A DNA stretch of 40,933 bases from Rhizaria sp. SCN 62-66 (lineage: Eukaryota): assembly GCA_001724265.1 (NCBI GenBank), contig MEDY01000095.1, positions 62,001 through 102,933 of the forward strand. Direction: 5' to 3'. Shown here piece after piece: positions 36,267 through 40,933 of the stretch (positions are counted from its first letter, which is position 1; every line of letters begins with the position of its first letter). Position numbers and translations under genes: made by a program. The notes beneath the pieces are model-generated. The model was not told the origin of the DNA. It did not search any database and saw nothing but the letters and a program-made list of their open reading frames with translations.

Positions 36267-38725
36267 ATGAGGTCTGCGCTACTCTGCCGCCGGACTCTTG
36301 CCCGCGCCCCGACTGCGCTGTGCTCGGCGTTCGCGCTGGCGCCCGCAGCATCTGCCGCCTCGTCCCTAGCCTCTCTCCCCACACAGTCACTCGCCCAGCT
36401 ACCTCGCCGCGCCGCCTCCACCGCCCGCGCGACATCCCTGCTCTCCACGCCCCGCGTCGCCGTCCCCGGCCTCTACAGCTCCAAGCTCGCGATCTCGAGG
36501 CCGACCGTTGCTGTTGCTGCAGCGGCTGTCTCTGTTTCCGTCGCAGAGTTCGCCACGGCCGCCGCACCGCGCCCGCTGCCCCCGCGCGCCGCCGCCGCGC
36601 TCGCCCTGCTTACTCGTGCCGTGTCCTCGACCGCGACGGCCGTCGTCCGCCTCGAGTCCGCCGCCGCCTACTCCTCTACTGCAACTGCGACCCCCACCAC
36701 CGCGAACAACAACGCCGCCCGCGATGCCGCATCCGCTGCTGTCCCGGCGCTGCGCGCGGTGTCCGCGCTGCTCGCCCGCGCCGGCGCCTTGCCCCCCGCG
36801 GCCGCCGACTCCGGCCGCGGCCACGGCCACGGCTCACGGTCGTAGTCTGCCGAGGCGGAAGCTCTCAAGTGGGCCCTGAGCGCGGTGATTGCCGCCGTGG
36901 CCGCATTCGTCGCCGCCTCCACCGCGGCCGACTGCGCGCCCTACGTCACGGGCGAGTACGACACGGGCGCGCCGCCGCCGCCGCTGGCGCCCGCGTACAC
37001 CGAGAAGGCCCGCGCCGCGCGCGCGTATGCCCACAAAGTCGTCGACAGGTATGAGGACGAGTTCGCCCACCAGGTCCGTCTTAGCGCTGTCACATAGCGA
37101 GAAGTTTCTCAACTATATCTTGCTTAATTTGCAAAATATTTACCAGGACCATTAAATAATGTATGCTACATCTATCATATGTACTTTAGTATTTATAAAT
37201 CCTAATCTCATTGATATATAACCTATGTTTTTTCTCCCTCCCCGGCTTCAGGTCGACGTGTGCCGCGCCCGCAAGGACCCTTTCGGCAACACGTTCGACC
37301 CGTCGCCGATGACGACCTACGAGTGGGCGAAGATGCTGTTCAACTACACAATTTTCCCCCTCGCCTGGATCCGCGCCGGCCTCTTCATTCCCCTGTTCAT
37401 CACTGTATGCGCTCTGGGCAAGCTGTCTACACTGGGCCTCAATCTGAGTCCCGAGAACCAGTACGGCATGCTCCAGCCGCAGCAACAGCGCTGGCGCCGC
37501 GCTATCAAGCGCTCTATGCGCTACGTCATCCGCGCCGCACTCTTCGTCGCCGGCTTCCACCGCATCACCGTCACGGGACAGCGCGCCGACCCCGTCGAGG
37601 CGCCCATCGTGGTCAGCAACCACATCTCGCTCGTCGACGCCGCGCTGCTTTTCATGATCTACGACGGACCCATGTTCATCTCAAAGGCACGCTATAATAG
37701 CGTCATACTTTTGATGTCTTATAATATTTCACGTATTGATAACATCTTGGTGCTCTATTTCACTTTTTCATTTAACTCTCGCTCACTTTTCACTCATTCC
37801 TTCCTTCTGCACTTTGCGCTATACTTCGCTACAGAAGTCCGTGGCGTCCGTCCCTGTGCTGTCTTGGGCCGTCACCGCCTGCGGCGCTATCCTGGTGGAC
37901 CGCCAGAGCCCGACGTCGCGCCACGACACGCAGGTCGAGGTGACGCGCCGCGCGCATTACAACGAGTCGATCCGCCGCCTCCGCAACGGGCTCCGTACGT
38001 CGACGGTCACAAAACCTACGATTTATATTTAATGATACTGTCACATAGCGATATAGTACGATTAATATGTGGCAATTATTGTATTTTATATTCCTCATTA
38101 GTGTTGTTGCTATAAGTATCCCCCTTGCAAGTTTATGATATCTTCTGACATTTCCTGCCATTTGTTTTTGTTTCGCACAGCCGCGTTGCCCGACGCACCC
38201 GAGGGCCTGACTGCTGACTCGGTGCCCTACGACCACCTGCTGCTCTTCCCTGAGGGCACCACCACGACTGGCAGCACACTCATTGCCTTCAAGGCTGGGG
38301 CCTTCCGCCCTGCTGTTCCCGTTCAGGTACGCCGCAATTCATGAACATTTGAATTGATTCCATTCAAATCTCTTTGATATTAGCTACTCTTTGTATTGTC
38401 ATGCAATTTTGGATACTAACACTCTACTATTATTATTTCACTTCATTTTTCTTGTGCGCATATCCCGCCCATTCTGCACACTGCGTAGCCCGTGGCGATT
38501 TCGTACCCGCACCGGCACTTCAACCCCACCGACGCGGGCCCCAACAAGCGTTCCGCGCTCACGCCGCTGCGCCTGCTGGGCCAGTTTAGCATCGAAGCGC
38601 GCGTGGCACTGCTGCCGCCGATGGTTCCGCAGCAGGGCGATACGGCGACGACCTTCGGCGGCCGCGTTCAGGTGGCCATAGCGGATGAGCTTAACATCGA
38701 TGTTGCACCCGTGTCTGCGTATTGA
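36267..38725 (+). CDS. Lysophospholipid acyltransferase (PlsC fold, LPCAT/LPEAT-like), ~594 aa, 5 exons (36267-37073, 37252-37686, 37835-37994, 38181-38326, 38489-38725); one in-frame TAG
   Basis: VSNHISLVD (HX4D), FISKKSV..VP, ILVDR, LFPEGTTT, FKAGAF, PVQPVAISYP. Long presequence-like N-terminus with TAG at 36843-36845; stop TGA. Confidence 0.88.
36843..36845 (+). other. In-frame TAG, putative sense codon
   Basis: GHGHGSRS*SAEAEALKWALSAV; the frame continues to the donor at 37074 with no Met after the TAG in exon 1. Confidence 0.75.
37687..37834 (+). other. GC-AG intron
   Basis: AAG|GCACGC...ctacag|AAG restores the motif FISK|KSVASVP. Confidence 0.8.
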
Positions 38726-39575
38726 ACCGGGATGAGCGAAATATGCTTCTGCTGTTGCTGATGCTGAAGCGCGATAGAGCGATACCGTGACTGGCGACTA
38801 TGCACGATTTCATGAGCTATTTTATGTTAAACTTCAGGCCATGCGACCAGGCCAAATTGGCTGTAAACAAAGTGAGGACTCGGAAGTCACTTGAGATTAC
38901 GACAGAGCACTTAATTGTGTTCTGCAACTTGCGCAGTCGAGCTCTGACTCTGATGAGAGCAAAATGTAGACACAATACATCTATTTATCAGTAGTTCGTC
39001 AGCATCTATGAAAGACACTCTGTTGGAATTTTGTTTTTCTAGTGTATTTTTAGATTCATTGATCTTCGCGAGGAAGCGCGTTCACACGAATCGCCACTGA
39101 TATGACAGAAAACAGGGACGACGCAACGCGTACCAAGGAGCAGAGCACACATAGGGGGGATTAGACTAATATAAACAGGTTTAGTAGGACGCATAGTCGC
39201 AATTGCTGATGTTCTGCTGTTATTCTGATTCGTGAGAAAGAAGCGAACTTACGAGCAAAGATACGATGCGGAGAGCAAGCCCGAGCAGAATTGCGACTGC
39301 TGTGCGTCGAGACAAGACATTACAAGATGTGTCAACGTAGAACCACACGTTACACAACGATTTGTGCCGAACCGAGTTGTGAGCTTATGCGTTGTTGGGT
39401 GCATTGCGTGGTCCGTTAAATGCGGCCGCTCTGATTCAAATTTTCAACATATAGACCGTAGCAAAGCACGTTCAAGCAACACAATGTCGTCGAACATACA
39501 ATAGAAAACACGAGTTGCGCAATTTCACGCGCCTTGAGGCAGATTTTACAGCGTGCGGTGTCGGCGGCGTCTCGC

Positions 39576-40081
39576 TTATGACTTCCAGAGCAGGATGGTG
39601 GTCTGGTCGATGGTGAAGTAGTAGAAGTTCTTGGTCTTGTGGGAGAAGTTGGCCGAGAAGTTGCGCCCCGCAATGCAGTGCCACGTCGGGTAGAACTTGC
39701 GGTTGAAGTGTGCGCTGCGGGGAAAGGAAGATATCGAGTCAGGTGAGCTAGATGGAGTGAGCTCTGTCATAAACGGTAACGGGCGAGCGAGTTGACGAAG
39801 ACATCGACTATGAGGGTAGAACGTACGTGATAGAGTTGGCAATGTCGCTCTCAAGCTCAAATTTGGTCACTGCAGCAATAGCTACATCGTTGGCCTCCTG
39901 TTGGAGTGAAGGGTGGGGCGTGGCAGAGGCGGGAAGGCAGGGGTTGTGAGACAACATTGGGTGAGTGAAGTCGGGCGAAAAGAAGTGGGCGGATGAAGGG
40001 GATAAAGACATATTGACGTACCGTCTGCATATCTTCAGACATATCCGTTGCACGGACAACAGGAACCCGGCGCTCACTCAT
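39576..40081 (-). CDS. Dynein light chain type 1 (LC8 family, divergent), 89 aa, 3 exons (40081-40022, 39897-39827, 39714-39576)
   Basis: DMSEDMQ, E.DIA, F..KFYPTWHCIAGRNF...H.TKNFYYF, ILLWKS. Two GTACGT..CAG introns in phase; stop TAA. Confidence 0.92.
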
Positions 40082-40933
40082 ACTTTGACGTTGCACGAGA
40101 CAGGATAACGTGAATCGAAGTTATCCTCGAAAAACGGCTCCTCATCAACTCTTCGTGGCACGGTTCCGAAAAAATGGTGGGGTGGGTTTTGGCGTGCGTT
40201 GCCACATTTTGCTCTTAGTCGATGTAGTGGTGAGCAGCAATCGGTTTAATATGCATTTAAGATGTTGTATATTCTTTGATATCAACGTTGTACCTTACCC
40301 ATTTTTGTGTTGGCTCGATCGATAAGCTTGAAGGAGTCTATCGTGGATAACCATTGTAGATTCAATTATACTCGAACAGATAACACCTTATGACGTATTA
40401 GAATATATTATTTGCATACCCGGGGAACAATAATAAATTACAACTCTCGCATGTATTGTGATTGATAATTGTGTTCCTGAGTATGGGATACAAAACATTG
40501 ACTGCGCTGTACTAATTTGAACAGTCAAGGAGTTTCATGTTAAGCTTATGAAATTGACGGGAGAGAGATCATATATACGTCATAGTATATCCACCAATAT
40601 TTTCGAGTTTGAGAACAATCTAAAAATAGTACATAAAGTAATCAATGACGCGTTTTTGCGTTTTCGCATTAAACCCACGACGTGAGCTGGGAGTGCTCGA
40701 ATGATAATCGTAAGGACTCATGACCTAGGTTCTGACCCAGAGCACAGACTGACTATTGTTGATAGCAGAAAGTGGCTGTGAACAACATTGTGACTGTGAG
40801 CATGGTTTTTGCTATCGTGAATTGGAGACTGCAAAGTAGTATAGGTATAAGCGGACTATAACTCACCTGAGTAAAATCACACCATCCATGCTTTTCTCAG
40901 ATCATACTTTTCAAACCCCCAAATAAAACTCAG

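Noticed and set aside
36843-36845. Pyrrolysine insertion or A-to-I edited (Trp) TAG
   Set aside because: Pyrrolysine is not known in eukaryotes, and the mostly low-complexity contexts do not suggest Trp. Editing cannot be excluded without RNA data.
40100-40933. AT-rich right end
   Set aside because: No supportable gene, repeat array or mobile-element signature.

Overview
Gene-dense nuclear DNA of an unidentified eukaryote, probably a protist. Exons are GC-rich and often low-complexity; introns (112-223 nt) and spacers are AT-rich. I model 12 protein-coding genes: a giant disordered protein running off the left edge (>=3258 aa), a protein with a possible HROB-like OB fold, a PLAC8 protein, a small TM protein, a ~1650-aa disordered protein, a PIGBOS1-like microprotein, PHPT1, mitochondrial SerRS, a TMEM272-like protein, an ankyrin/EF-hand protein, an LPCAT/LPEAT-type acyltransferase and an LC8-type dynein light chain. 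The main signal is an apparently non-standard nuclear genetic code. Five in-frame TAG codons interrupt three otherwise intact genes, with no premature TAA/TGA or frameshifts, while all 11 visible gene ends use TAA (5) or TGA (6). This points to UAG alone being a sense codon; Leu is tentatively favoured and Gln is the main alternative. Also seen: a GTACG-type donor consensus, a GC-AG intron, splice acceptors just before most start codons, and a frame-independent 12-mer (GCCCACGGTCAC) repeated at least 13 times. Homology calls come from remembered family motifs, not database searches.
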